A stretch of 64,000 nucleotides of DNA from Chiloscyllium plagiosum (GCF_004010195.1 NC_057719.1:28126710-28190709), one strand, 5' to 3'. Numbered from the stretch's first letter, positions 40,440 to 53,922 are shown. Program-made: numbers and translations. The notes: a model not told the origin generated them from the sequence alone.

Positions 40440-40725
40440 GTAGCATCCTATCTCTCATTTTAAAAAATATTTCATTCAAAAATAGATTCAGCTTGTTGAC
40501 AATAGGCTGCCATTAAAGATAGGTGGAGTATGGTCTCTCACAGCTTATGTAACCTGACAAGGCAGACAGGGAGGGAAGACCAAAGGGCACAGATTTAAGG
40601 AGATTATTAGTAAAGGAGTCTGGCTGGTAGGAGGAGAAACATTTTTATGCAGCAAGGATTGTGCTTTGGATCCTGCTGCCTTACAGGGTGATGCCTGGAG
40701 TTTCAACAGTAACTTTCAAAAGATA

Positions 40726-40950
40726 TGGTATGGAGATGCTGGTGTTGGACTGGGGTGTACGAAGTTAAAAATCACACAGCATCAGGTTATAGTCCAACAG
40801 GTTTAAATTGGAAAGCACTAGCTTTTGGAGCGACGCTCCTTCATCAGGTGATCAGGTCTCTCACCTGATGAAGGAGCGTCGCTCCGAAAGCTAGTGTGCT
40901 TCCAATTAAACCTGTTGGACTATAACCTGGTGTTGTGTGATTTTTAACTT
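40726..40950. mobile_element. Palindromic hammerhead-bearing element, family B, with 16-bp TSD, inside a decayed CR1 3' end
   Basis: TSD taactttcaaaagata at 40710-40725 and 40945-40960. Inverted arms of ~90 bp around tcaggtctc. Confidence 0.9.
40862..40896 (+). ncRNA. Minimal type I hammerhead ribozyme motif
   Basis: CAC-CUGAUGA-a-GGAGC-guc-GCUCC-GAAA-GC-UA-GUG: intact core, 5-bp stem II, palindromic AGCU mini stem III. Confidence 0.78.
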
Positions 40951-42072
40951 TCAAAAGATAAATACTTAATGGAGAAGAAAACGAAGGGGCGTGGGGAAAG
41001 AGAGGCAGTGAGAAAACTCAAAGGTGGAAAAAATATGGCAGGCCAAATAGGCTCTTTATTATTATTTTTATTATTATTATAGGATTCTAAAATGGATTCA
41101 TTGTTTAGCTAGATAATGATTTGAGGGACTAACAAGCAAAACGATATGGTGATGGGAGAGAAGGGTCACATAAGGCACTTACACAGGTGCAGACTGCAGA
41201 GTCAAACAGCCAGTTTCTGTGCTATCGATATAGTTTGGTCTGCAATGTATATATTTATTGAAAGATGGTTAGAACAAACTTAACTTACAGACTTCTGAAA
41301 TGAAAGAAAATAGTTGTGAAATTCACTTTGCGCATTGAGCTTTTACATGTGGGAAATTCTACACTTTAAAAATAACTGTGTGAGATGACACAATAGAGTC
41401 AAGGCATAAACTAGAAGCAGAGGGAAGGCTCGATCAGGCTTCGCAGCTAATTTGCCTTTCGACATTAAACTCCAACATAAAGCAGTTAGAACTGAGGACT
41501 GCCCAATTAGACTGGGTATTTACAGACAATATATGCTGGATCATAGTTCAGCATGCGAATGCTCAATGGAAAAACAAAAACATTATAAAGGATGAAATTA
41601 ATTCTCCAGTAAGGGACACTGCATGTCAACCACAAAGCTTAGCCCCCAAATTAGAATCAAAGATGACTGCCTTAATTATAGCATTAATGCATTAGCAGGC
41701 CCTGAGTCACTACATGTATCCATAGTTAAAGATGGTTTATCACCAACTGCCAGTATCCAAATACTACAGATAAAATATTAGCTCACTGAGTTATATAATA
41801 TATTTGAAAATTCTGTGAGATTTTCCTTGCTCTAAGAGAGACAGATAGGATGAAACAAATAATTTTGCATTCATATAGCAGTCACTACAACTTGAGGATT
41901 TTCAACATATTTTACAGCTAATTAAATATATTTTGAACGTTGTCAGTAATGTCAGAAAATCTGAGCACGGCAAAATCCACAAATATCTGCTTTAGGCATG
42001 AATTGAGGGATAAAAGTTAGCCAGGACAAATTTTCGACTTTCTTCTTTCAATAAGATCATTATGTCTACCCA

Positions 42073-42360
42073 AGTCATAGAGTCATAGAGATGTACAGCA
42101 CAGAAACAGACCCTTCAGTCCAACTCCTCCATTCCAACCAGATATCCTAACCCAATCTAGTCCCATTTGCCAGCACTTGTCCCATATCCTTCTAAACCCA
42201 TCCTATTCATATACCCATCCAAATGCGTTTTAAATGTAAATGTACCGTCTTCTACCACTTCCTCTGGCAGCTCATTCCATACACGCACTACCCTCTGCGT
42301 TAAAAAGTTGCCCCTTAGGTCCCTTTTAAATTCTTCCCCTCTCACCCTAAATGTGTGCCC
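42073..42360 (-). mobile_element. CR1/HER1-type LINE 3' fragment
   Basis: ORF 42157..42468 C-terminal part RVRGEEFKRDLRGNFLTQRVVRVWNELPEEVVE. Tail (ctctatga)2. Confidence 0.92.
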
Positions 42361-43950
42361 TAATGGAGGCTTCAATTTAACATTTTTTTCCACAATTGGC
42401 ACCTCTGATAGTACAGAACTCCCTGAACACTGCAATAGACAGAGTGTGAGCCAAGAATAATTGCTCAAATAGTTGAAATGGGACCTCCACCACTGACAGA
42501 AATATGGCTATCTACAGAGTCAAATCTGACATGTGAAGTTATACTCCTTCTTTACCCTACTTCATGCCAACAGGTCAGCAGAACGAATCTTCAGCAGTGG
42601 ATCTTATAAAATATTACAGACAGAAATGACTCTGTGCCTGAGGATTTTTATAATTCACATAAAATTTCTTTCTATTATGGTGTACAGAATATGAAAGGCT
42701 AGTTAAAGAAAAATGTTGAGTTTTAACCATATTGTGTATCATGATCATAAAACAAAACTTTCAGGCCATAGACTTTGTTAATGTTTCCCAACAAGTTTTT
42801 TTAAAGACATCCCTTGGGAAGGGATGTATTTCAATTGGTATTTTAAAAGGGTCTTGATAAGATGTTGCAGCAGGAGTATGTCAGTGCCCTGAAGCAAGCG
42901 ACTCAAAGGTGCTGTTTGTGAGACAATGAGGGGATGATTACATTGGTCACGTGCTTTGCAATCAGTCCCTTCTGAGCGTGTGGTCAGTGCATGCAGCAAA
43001 TGTGCTATTTATTTTCTTAAAGTGGTTTTGATAGGAAATTGAAGCTTAAGCATTTTTACAGGAGGGTAGAACAAAATGTCGAGTGCAAAGCAAGCAACAC
43101 ATTTCAATTTGCACTCTCCACACCCAGTGCACATAGAATCCATTGCATACCAGTGCAAGAATACCTGGCCAGAAATCAAGTGGGTGGTGTTTATCTAAGC
43201 TTTAGTTAATCGCACTTTAAACATGGTCTTATTTGGTTAAACAAATCCATTGGGAGCAGAGACTTTAATGTTTCTAGTTGGCTAACTACAGCATCACTTT
43301 CAAACTTTATTCTCTCTAGAAACTTTTGCAGGCTCTTCCAAAAGTTTAACTGTGAAAAATATAAATAGATCAGAATGAACTAGCTTCAAGCCCTGGCCTC
43401 AGTGAAGTTGGCTGACCTGCTCAATGCCTGAACTCTACACTCAGTATACTTAGCTAGGGAGCAGAATTTCACAAAGTTAACCAGAATTCTTAGCTCTGAC
43501 GACTCTTCAATAGCACTTGAGGAAAAAAAATCTGTACATTTGGACTGGCAAATGATTGACCTAAGAAGTGGTAGGCCCCGACCTTAATCAAATTATCCAC
43601 TGTCAGTTCCTCTGTGGCCTGAAGTCTGAAGTCACTAATTTTAGGAAAAGTCAAAAGAGTAAAATCAGGGGAGAAAAATGGTTTTCCAATCCACAGATCA
43701 GGTTCAGAAATGTTTGCCTGGGTGGGATGAAGATTCATGATATTCTTATTACTATCTGGAAACTTGGGACCAAAGTGGACTTAAAAGTTAAGACCTATAT
43801 TGTGTGGGATAAGAAAAAAAAACTAATTTTTGGTTCATTCCTGAGTTCTGCGAATGGTGCAGGGGTGCCTGAAATTTTGTTTACAAGCACTGAAACTGAG
43901 GATTTTAAAACCTTTCAGGTGATTGACTCACTCTAACAAGTAAGAGGAGT

Positions 43951-44150
43951 TAAAAATCTCACAACACCAGGTTATAGTCCAACAAGTTTAATTGGAAGCA
44001 CATTGGCTTTCAGAGCGACGCTCCTTCATCAGGTGAAGGAACAGCGCTCCGAAAGCTAGTGTGCTTCCAATTAAACCTGTTGGACTATAACCTGGTGTTC
44101 TGTGATTTTCAACTTTGTATGCCCCAGTCCAACACCAGCATCTCCAAATC
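43951..44150. mobile_element. Palindromic family B element
   Basis: Inverted arms meeting at tcatcagg/tgaagga. Flanking aagaggagt at 43942-43950 and 44158-44166. Cores mutated or truncated. Confidence 0.87.
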
Positions 44151-44723
44151 AATTAAGAAGAGGAGTGAGAGAGAAATCAAATCAGACGGTTGCATAGCAA
44201 CAAAGTGTATAATGACGCAGGGAGACATAAGTCAGTTCTTTTAGAAAGTCAGATCCATGTAAATACCAGGGAGTGGGAACATTTCTTCCTTCATTTCAGG
44301 GCAGTGCACAAGTGTCCTTCAGAGAAAAAGGCCTGTACTAGAAGCAGTGTTGTTTAGCAGTCTTCAGAGCAGTCAGTGCAGGAGAAAAAAGTCCCAAGAA
44401 GCTCCAGAAAAGGAAGTCTGTTGAAGAGGGGTTGCAAGGACTTATGTGAAGGAATAAACAAACGGATAATATAGCTCACTTAAGGGTCTTATGAAGAATT
44501 ATTAACTAAAAAAGAAAACTCATGTTGAGTGTCTGCAGGTATTTGCTAGAAATAAAGGAAATATAGCCATGGTAACTAAAAATGGAATTTTAAAGTGGTT
44601 GCAGGATGTCCTTCCATTGAGGTTTCAGTATCTATCATTTGCTGTTGAGGGTAAAAAGGCTTAAATATTTATTTTTGATAAGATCATTTCAACTACTTTT
44701 ATAGTGTAAAAGTGGTAAGTATT

Positions 44724-45032
44724 TAGATTTCTTAGTGTGGAAACAGGCCCTTTGGCCCAACAAGTCCACACCGACCCTCCGAAGAGCAACCCACCCAGAC
44801 CCATTCCTCTACATTGACCCCTTCACCTAACACTATGGACAATTTAGCATGGCCAATTCACCTGACCCACACATTTCTGGACTGTGGGAGGAAACCGGAG
44901 CACCTGGAGGAAACCCATGCAGACACGAGGAGAATGTGCAAACTCCACACAGACAGTTGCCTGAGGCGGGAATTGAACCCAGGACTCTGGTGCTGAGGCA
45001 GCAGTGCTAACCACTGTGCCACCATGACGCCC
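44724..45032 (-). mobile_element. tRNA-derived V-SINE (HE1-like)
   Basis: Full head (TGGCACAGTGGTTAGCACTG, GGTTCAATTCC), V-domain and tail. Confidence 0.9.
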
Positions 45033-45382
45033 ACTACCACCGTAATGCCCACTTCTTCCCTTTAGTGTGTAATAACTTTGGATGTTCTTTTAATAAAAGT
45101 ATATTGAGAGCCTCCTATGAATATATTCAGTGACTGACCACCACAGTAGCATAGCAACATAGAAAATAGGAGCAGGAGAAAGCCATTCAGCCCATCAAGC
45201 TTGCTCCAGCATACAATATGATCATGGCTGAGCATCAAACTAAAATCCATTTTCCATTCCTTCTGGATAACTGTGGCCCTTAGAAATCCATTTATTTCTT
45301 AGATATATTCAGTGACTTTGGCTCCACAATCATAAATGATTCTTTTCCATTCTACTTTCTCTACAGATGTGAATAACCCCAC

Positions 45383-47280
45383 ATAGAATCATTCAGCACG
45401 GAATCAAACTCTTTGGTCCAACCAGTCCATGCTGAATATAATCCCAAAGTAAACTCTTCCCAACTGCCTGCTCCTGGCCCATATCCCTCCAAACCTTTCC
45501 TATTCACGAAGTTATCAAAGTGTCTTTTAATCATTGTAACTGCACCCACATCCATCACTCCCTCTGGCAGTTCGAACCACCATCTGTGTAAAAAAATGTC
45601 CTTCATTTTTTTTAAGTCTCTCTCCTTTCTTCTTAAAAATATGCCCACCAGTCTTGAAATGTCCCATCCCGATAAAACAACACCTACCATTAATCCTATT
45701 GGTAGCCCTCATGATTTTATAAAGGTCGAAGGTCACCTCTCAACATCTTATGCTCCAGTGAAAAAACTCCCAGCCTTTCTTCATAACTCAAACCTTCCAC
45801 ACTTGGCAAAATCCTGGCAAATCTCTTCTGAACCCTGTCTAGATTAATAATATTCTTCCTATAACAGAGTGACCAGAAATGGACACAGTACTCCAGAAGA
45901 GGCCTCACTAATGTCCTGCACAACCTCAACATGACTTCCCAACTCCTACACTCAAATGACTGAACAATGAATGCAAATGTGCTGAACATCTTGTTAATCA
46001 CCCTGCCTACATGTGATTTCAAAGAATTACAGACTGAATCCCTAAGTCCATCTGTTCTACAACACTACCCAAGGCCCGACCATTAATTGTATAACTCCTG
46101 TCCCTGTTTGAGGTACCAAAATGAAATGTATCACATTTATCCAAACTGAACTCCATTTGTCATTTTTCAGCCCATGGACCAATTTAATCAAGATTACTTT
46201 GATATCTTAGAAAATCTTCACTGCCTATCATGCCACCAATTTTGGGGTTGTGTACAAAGGTACTAATCATGCCTTCTATATTCTCATCCAAATCATTTAT
46301 ATAAATGACAAAAGAGGACCCAGTACTGATCCTTGCAGCACACCGCTAGTCATAGGCCTCCAGACCGAAAAGCAATCCTCCACCATCACTCTGTCTCCTG
46401 CTGTTAAGCCAATCATGTATCCAATTGGCAAGCTCACCCTGAATCCCATGTGACCTAACTTTACTAATTAATCTACCATGCAGAACCTTGTCAAAGGCTT
46501 TACCATAGTCCAAGTAAACAACATCTATTGGTCTGCTCTCAATCTTTTTGGTAATTTCCTCAAAAAACTCAATCAAGTTTATGAGACACGATTTTGCTCA
46601 TGTGAAACCATGCTGCCTATCCCTAATAATTCCTTGCCTCTAAATATTTATAAATCTAATCTTATAGAATCACTTCCAACAATTTACCCACAACCGACGT
46701 CAGACTCCTGGGTCTATAGTTCCCTGGTTTCTCCTTACAACCCTTCTTAAACAAAGGCGCAACATTAGCCATCCTCCAGTCATCAGGCACCTCACCCGCA
46801 ATTATAGATGATGCAAATATTTCTGCAAGGGGCCTCACAATTTGCTCCCTCACTTCCCACTGCAGTTTGGGATACCTGAGACCAGGTCCCAGAGATTTGT
46901 CCACATTTATATTCTCAAAGACCTCCATAAAGTCCTCTTTTATTATGGGAACTATTTTTAAAACATCAATATTTATTTCCCAGAGTTCTCTTGCCTCCAT
47001 TCCTCCCCTCCACCCCCACAGTAAGACCTGACACTAAGTATTCATTTAATATCTTTACCATCTCTGGGGTTCAACACAAAGATGACCTCTTTGTTCTTTA
47101 ATGGGCGTTACCCTCTCTCCAGTTACCCTCTTGTTATTAATGTGCTTGTAGAATCTCTTGAGATTATCCTTAACCTTATCGACCAATGCTATTTCATTTC
47201 CCCTCTTTGCTTTTCTAAGTTCCTTCTTAAGAATGCTCTTATACTCCTTACATTGATTAAGTGATTTATTTGAACCCAAC
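45383..47280 (-). mobile_element. CR1 LINE, 3' ~1.9 kb, degenerate RT
   Basis: ORFs 46662..47000 (VPDDWRMANVAPLFKKG..PGNYRP), 46346..46576 (DVVYLDYGKAFDKVLH) and 45717..46022. Confidence 0.93.
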
Positions 47281-49006
47281 TACCAGTTTATACTGAACTG
47301 GTTCTGTATTTTCCACTCTTCCACTTGACATTGCCTGCGGCCATCTTATATTTTTCCCACCTCACACAAGCCCATCTAGTTTTGCACTGCCAAACTTAGA
47401 AACATTACATTTAATCCCCTCATGTAAATTGTTGATATGTATTGTGATTAGCGGAGGTCCAAGCACTGATCATTACAGTACTCCTATTAATCACCACCTG
47501 CCGCTCTGAAACAGACCTATTTAGACCTATTCACTATTTTGGTTTGTTAACTGAAATAGTTCCAGAGGCCAATATATCCTGTCACCAAGCCACGCTTTAT
47601 TTACATGTGGAGAGTCCTTGACACTGATCCCACTCCCTCAGAGTCAGCTCTCAGTAACAGAACCTCTGATACTCATGTTTATATCTGTCAGCCCGGGCTC
47701 CCTGATTGGACCAGGTTAACACAGAACTCATGTTCGAGGAGGTCCAACTGGCTGACCTCGTTACTATCACTACATTCCCTCGCCCCTTCCCAGAGTTTGA
47801 GGACATAGGCTGGATCTTTTCTCTTGTAGCTCTTGCTGGCAGGTTTTAGCATCAGATCAAATTCCTCTAACTCTGCTTCCAATATGGACAGCATGTAACG
47901 TGCAGTAGTTCACCTCTTACACCCAGAGTGTCTCGGAAGAAATTGATATTCCTGTTCAGGCAGCAATTATGTCAAGGCTGCAACATCCACTGTATCTGCG
48001 TTTGTCTCAGATTCCGAGATATCTTCAACGCCTGATGGTGAGGGAGAACCCATGGGTTCTGGAACAGTCGGAAGGGCAGTCGAGGAGTCATGTAGGTTTT
48101 GCTCTCACACTGTTTGCGAGTTTGTAGCTTTCATACAGTCCACATCCATGTTTAGGACTGTCACACCTACCCAAACTGGACCTGACCTTATATCAACCAC
48201 ACCTCTTGCCTGTGCAGGATCATTCCCAGGGTTCCTACACAATACCTCATCCTCTGAATTAAACTTCTCTCTCATTTGGCAGAGTCTTATGTTTGACATT
48301 ACCTTTCCTGATGCTGTTTCATTCTAACTACCAACTGGTAATTGAATGAACCTAGTATTTGAGTCCACTGCTGAATTGACCTGAAGTTATGGGTGGCCCT
48401 GCCTTCTCCCCTTTAATTAACCTAGCAGGGCTTTGTGGTCCATTATTATTAAATCGTGAATCTTTCTCAATTAATTGCACTCCACCAAGTTTGGGTCTCA
48501 ACGTTCTACAACAATCAATGGGAACTAAACTGGCTGCTTCTCGTAAGAGACCGAAACCGAAGTTGTACCCTTAATCTGTAAAGAGTTTTTGATATACGTT
48601 CTCAGTCCAGCTGAGATCTTGCACAAATTTAAGGGTTGGTGTCCAGAGTGAATTTTGTTAAAGAATGGTTCAGCAATTGCTGAAACCGCCATGCCTGTAT
48701 CAACCTCCAATGGAATCGGGTGACCACTTAACCAGACATTTATGTTGATTGGCTTTGATTTGGATGGTCGCTACACAATTTAACTGTTGCAAACCAGATG
48801 TAGATCGATTTTCCAAGGTGTACAGTCTCCTGGACGCTGACCTATGAGTTCTTGTATTCAATTTATGTAAAGTGGGACTGTTTTGCTGTCTCAAGTCCAT
48901 ATACTGGTACGAACAAAAAAGGCTTGTTAGCCCAGATCCTGAAGAAAGTTTTCATCACTTGGCTGAGGCTTGGCTTTATTTTGGGGTTTTGCTGTGGGCT
49001 GACCGA

Positions 49007-49884
49007 GAGTCATAGAGTCATAGAGATGTACGGCATGGAAACAGACCCTTCGGTCCAACCCGTCCATGCTGACCAGATATCCCAACCCAATCTAGTCCCA
49101 CCTGCCAGCACCCGGTCCATATTCCTCCATACCCTTCCTATTCATATACCCATCCAAATGCCTCTTACAAGTTGCAATTGTACCAGCCTCCACCACATCC
49201 TTTCATTCCATACACGTACCACTCTCTGTGTGAAAATGTTGCCCCTTAGGTCTCTTTTATATCTTTCCCCTCTCACCCTAAATCTATGCCCTCTAGTTCT
49301 GGACTCCCCAACTCCAGGGAAAAGACTTTGCCTATTTATCCTATCCATGCCCCTCATAATTTTGTAAACCTCTATAAGGTCACCCCTCAGCCTCCGACGC
49401 TCCAGGGAAAACAGCCCAGCCTGTTCAGCCTCTCCCTGTAGCTCAGATCCTCCAACCCTGGCAACATCCTTGTAAATCTTTTCTGAACCCTTTCAAGTTT
49501 CANNNNNNNNNNNNNNNNNNNNNNNNNNNNNNNNNNNNNNNNNNNNNNNNNNNNNNNNNNNNNNNNNNNNNNNNNNNNNNNNNNNNNNNNNNNNNNNNNN
49601 NNNNNNNNNNNNNNNNNNNNNNNNNNNNNNNNNNNNNNNNNNNNNNNNNNNNNNNNNNNNNNNNNNNNNNNNNNNNNNNNNNNNNNNNNNNNNNNNNNNN
49701 NNNNNNNNNNNNNNNNNNNNNNNNNNNNNNNNNNNNNNNNNTGACTGTACCTCTTATGCTCGCATCCAAATCATTTATGTAAATGACAAAAAGTAGAGGA
49801 CCCAGCACCGATCCTTGTGGCACTCCACTGGTCACAGGCCTCCAGTCTGAAAAACAACCCTCCACCATGGCCCTCTGTCTTCTA
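49007..49884 (-). mobile_element. Young CR1/HER1-type LINE 3' fragment spanning an assembly gap
   Basis: [27 protein letters not shown] on the right of the gap, near-consensus 3' end and (ctctatga)n tail on the left. Confidence 0.92.
49503..49741. other. Assembly gap (239 N)
   Basis: Run of N. Confidence 1.
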
Positions 49885-50522
49885 GTCCCTCTGTTCAGTA
49901 TATGTCCTGTCTCAGGCTATGCCTTTGCCTTCACATAAGTGGTATTCCCCAAGTTCAGTTGGACTGGCAAGGGTGCCCATTTCCATTTAAATACACTGCA
50001 ACTCCACTTGCTGAATTTTCCAATGATAAAGCCATTTGTAGTACCTATTTGAAGTCCAGTTGGACCTCAGCTATTAGACACTTTTGAATGGTTACGTCAC
50101 TAATCTCACAAATCATACTGTCTATCAGCATCTCATTAAGGGATAAATCAAAGTCACATCCCTCTGCCAGCCACCTTAACCAAATCAAAAATCCCAATAT
50201 GGATTCCCTTGATTCTTGAATTGCTGAGTAAAGCTGATAATATCTCAGAAATAAAGGCTGCTCAGGCTTGTAATATTCCTTAACAAAATCTTGAACCATT
50301 TTCGTATCTGGTGTCTCCGGTAAAGTTAGGCTCCTAATAACCAAAAAGGCTACGGTTCCAGAAGCCGTCAGGAGAATTACTCATTGCTTTTCATCTGCCC
50401 CAATGTCATTTCCCTGGAAACAATAATATTCTTTCCACATACTGAGCTCAGTCTTTGATGACAGAATTGAATGAGTCAAGCTTCCCAAGTAACAACATGA
50501 TGCCAGAAACGTTTACCCCACA

Positions 50523-50845
50523 GGGCGGCACGGTGGCTTATTGGTTAGCACTGCAGTCTCACAGCACCAGGGTCCCAGGTTCAATTCCAGCTTCAGGCAG
50601 ATTGTCTGTGTGGAGTTTGCACGTTCTCCCCGTATCTGCATGGGTTTCCTCCGGGTGTTCAGGTTTCTTCCCACTGTCCAAAGATGTGCAGGTCCAGGTG
50701 AATTGGCCATGCTAAATTGCCCGTAGTGTTAGGTGCATTAGTCAGAGGGAAATGGGTCTGAGTGGGTTACTCTTCAGAGGGTCAGTGTGGACTTGTTGGG
50801 CCAAAGGGGCCTGCATCCACACTGTAGGGAATCTAATCTAATCTA
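50523..50845 (+). mobile_element. tRNA-derived V-SINE (HE1-like) inserted in the Gypsy leader
   Basis: gggcggcacggtggc head, GGTTCAATTCC, tail (aatct)3. Confidence 0.92.
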
Positions 50846-51113
50846 AAAGACTCAAAAATGACCATTGTGAGCAAATGTCTTCGTGAGCTTGCTTTTTTCT
50901 CATTACCACACAGGCTGATATCCCATCACCAACTCACTCTTTATTTACCCTTGAAAAATCTTTAACACTGATCCAGTTTACTCAGAGGCAGAACCTCTGA
51001 CACTCCTCTTGTTATCCATCAGCCAGGGGTCCACGATTGGAGCAGATTAACAGTCCCAATCAGGGAACTCCTTCTATGATGTCCACCTGGCTGACTTTGT
51101 TACAATCGCTACA

Positions 51114-52100
51114 CTAGCCGATTCTCAATCCATTCCAGTATATTATCCCTAATCGCATGTACTTTGATTTTGCAAACTAAACACGTAAGACACGCAGACA
51201 CGCATACACAGGTTCTCTATCAAAAGCTTCCTGAAAATCCAATTACATCATTTGTATTATTTCTCCTTTATCTATTCTATTAGTTATAATCTCAAAAAAC
51301 TCCAGCAGGTTTGTCAAATGTAGTTTTCCTTTCATAAATCCATGTTGACTTTGTTGAACCATGTTGATATTTTCTATGTGCTCAAATGTTCTGTACCACA
51401 TCCTTTATAGTCGATTCCAGTATTTTACCTACTACTGAAGTTAGGCTAACCAGTCCATAATTCTCTATTGTTCCCTCCCTCTTTTTTTTTAAAAAATAGT
51501 GAGTTATCTTTAACATCCGTGAATCTAGCTAAATTGTTACAAAACCTACAGAATTTTAGAAGACGAAAAACCAATGCATTGACTATTTCCATGGCAACCA
51601 CCTTTAATATCCTGAAATGTAGATTACAAGGGGATTTAGCAGCTTTAAGTCCAATTAATTTGTCCAGCACTTCTGTTTTTACTATTTTCCTTCATTTTTT
51701 TCTCCTCACTGGACTCTTGGTTCCGTAGAATTTCTGGGAATTGTTCATGTCTTCTCCTGTGAACACGGAACCAAAATAGTTGTTAAATTGATGTGCCATT
51801 TCCTTGTTCTCCCTTATTAATTCTCCTGTTTCATACGGTAAGGACCCACGTTTGTCTTCACTAAATATTTGCTTTTCACTCCGAAAGACTTTTAAAGTCT
51901 TTTATGCTGTACATTTGCCCTCATGCTCACTTTTTCTCCTCTGAATCCATCTCTTGTTCCTCCTTTGCTGAATTCTAAATTCTCAATCTTAAAGGGTTTG
52001 CTATTTTTTCCTCAATTTTAGATCATTCCTCTTTGGATTTAATACTACCCTTAATTTATTTTGTCAGCTATATGTGAGTCACTTTTTCTCGTGTTTGCTG
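51114..52100 (-). mobile_element. Old CR1 LINE split by the Gypsy element (continues at ~47380-47551)
   Basis: RT-like reading GIIYWNGLRIG / DFQEAFDR, which resumes across the LTR element toward a [16 protein letters not shown] remnant. ORF 51446..51670. Confidence 0.7.
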
Positions 52101-52114
52101 TACCAGAAAATGTA

Positions 52115-52331
52115 CAAGTTGTTCTGCTATAACACATGCTCGTTAATGTGAATTCGTTGTAACACGATTGACAAAGTGGGGACACTGTCTCTAAAGCTGA
52201 ACCTTTAATACATGTATTGGCTGTATTGTGATCACATCACCAACACTTTAAGTGCGGTATCTAAAGCACAATTTTTCTATAATGCAAGATTGCACAAGAA
52301 CACAACCATCACCTCATAGAAGAACTACCTG
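52115..52331. mobile_element. Decayed Tigger-like MITE
   Basis: TA|caagttgttctgctataac ... ctcatagaagaactacctg: imperfect TIRs. Right-hand TA not preserved. Confidence 0.55.
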
Positions 52332-52448
52332 TCTGTACAGCTGTTGCAATGTACACATTCATTTCTTAAATATTCGCCATTGCCTTCTAACCTTTCATGA
52401 ACATATCACCCTCATTCTTTTACAGTTTCTGTTAGACTAGATTCTAGG

Positions 52449-53171
52449 AGATTAGATTAGATTCCCCTACAGTGTGGAAACAAGCCCTTCGGTGCAAAAA
52501 GTCCACACCGACCCTCCGAAGAGTGACATTATAGAGGTTTATTAAATCACGAGGGGCATGGATAGGATAAACAGACAAGGTCTTTTCCCTGGGGTGGGGG
52601 AGTCCAGAACTAGAGGGCATAGGTTTAGAGTGAGAGGGGAAAGATATAAAAGAGACCTAAGGGGCAACTTTTTCACGCAGAGGGTGGTACGTGTATGGAA
52701 TGGCTGCCAGAGGAAGTGGTGGAGGCTGGTACAATTGCAACATTTAAAAGGCATCTGGATATGAGTAGGAAGGGTTTGGAGGGATGGGGCCAAGTGTTGG
52801 CAAGTGGGACTAGATTGGGTTGGGATATCTGGTTGGCATGGATGAGTTGGACCAAAGGGTCTGTTTCCATGCTGTACATCTCTGTGACTCTGAGTAACTC
52901 ACCCAGACACATTTCCCTCTGACTAATGCATCTAACACTATGGGCAATTTAGTATAGCCTATTCATCTGACCTGCACATCTTTGGATTGTGGGAGGAAAC
53001 CAGAGCACCCGGAGGAAACCCACACAGACACGGGGACAATGTGCAAACCTACACAGTCGCCTGAGGCTGGCATCGTACCTGGGTCCCTAGCATTGTGAGG
53101 CAGCAGAGCTAACCACTGAGCCAAGTGCTACCACTGAGCCAAGTGCTGCCCTTGAGCCACCGTGCCGCCCC
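52449..53171 (-). mobile_element. V-SINE interrupted by a plus-strand CR1 3' fragment (52525-52891)
   Basis: SINE tail ...accctccgaagagt | CR1 | gagtaactcacccagac... resumes. gagt is duplicated at 52521-52524 and 52892-52895. Confidence 0.9.
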
Positions 53172-53602
53172 TTATTTAGATTTAGCACCCTTGTATTGAA
53201 TTAGACTACTTCACTTTCCATTCCAAAGAATAATGTTATTGTCACTCTTCTCTCAGGGACCATATAGATCAGGATTATTAATCAAACCTTCTCATTGTGT
53301 ACTTGAAAATGCTTTCCACTCTTAGGGGCAGGGCAAGGAAGCAGGGCTCCAAATCTACCTCAACTGGAACAGGAACAGAATCTACATGTTGCTGTTATAT
53401 TGAACCACATACAAGCCTTCCAGCCAAATGAGCTAACCAGCCTCCTTATCTGAAGTGTAAAAACTAAACATATGGCCTATCAAGTTAGGTTCAATCTGGG
53501 ATCTGTCTTTTCATACATTACCATCAGTTGGGATCGTAACATATATGATTAGAGTCAGAAGGTTTCAGGGCCAAAACACATTTTCAATACTTCAGCACAT
53601 TA

Positions 53603-53922
53603 GTGGCATGGTGGCTCTATTGTTAGCACTGCTACCTCACAGTGCTAGGGACTCTGGTTTGATTCCAGCCTCGGCGACTGTCTGTGTGGAGTTTGCACAT
53701 TCTCCCAGTGTGTGTGGGGGTTTCCTCTGGGAGCTCCGGTTTCCTTCCACAATCCAAAGATGTGCAGCTTAGGTGAATTGACCATGCTAAAGTGTTTGGT
53801 GATGTGTAGGTTAGGTGCATTGATCAGGGGAAATGTCCAGTAATAGAGTAGGGGAATGGGTCTGGGTGAGTTACTCTTTGGAGGGTCGGTGTGGACTTGT
53901 TGGGCCAAATGGGATTCTATGA
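53603..53922 (+). mobile_element. tRNA-derived V-SINE (HE1-like)
   Basis: Homologous to the other copies. Confidence 0.88.

Larger units (their letters stand above)
47552..51113 (-). mobile_element. Two-LTR, internally deleted Gypsy-like element carrying nested CR1 and SINE
   Basis: 3' LTR 47552-47774 preceded by PPT gggaaggggcgagggaa. 5' LTR ~50905-51113. Gag-like ORF 50045..50344, protease motif EVDTG (48525..48710), integrase C-terminal-like 48105..48299. No RT or RNase H seen. Confidence 0.8.

Noticed and set aside
50523..50595. tRNA-like sequences with A and B boxes
   Set aside because: These are SINE heads, each followed by the V-domain and a LINE-like tail, not tRNA genes.
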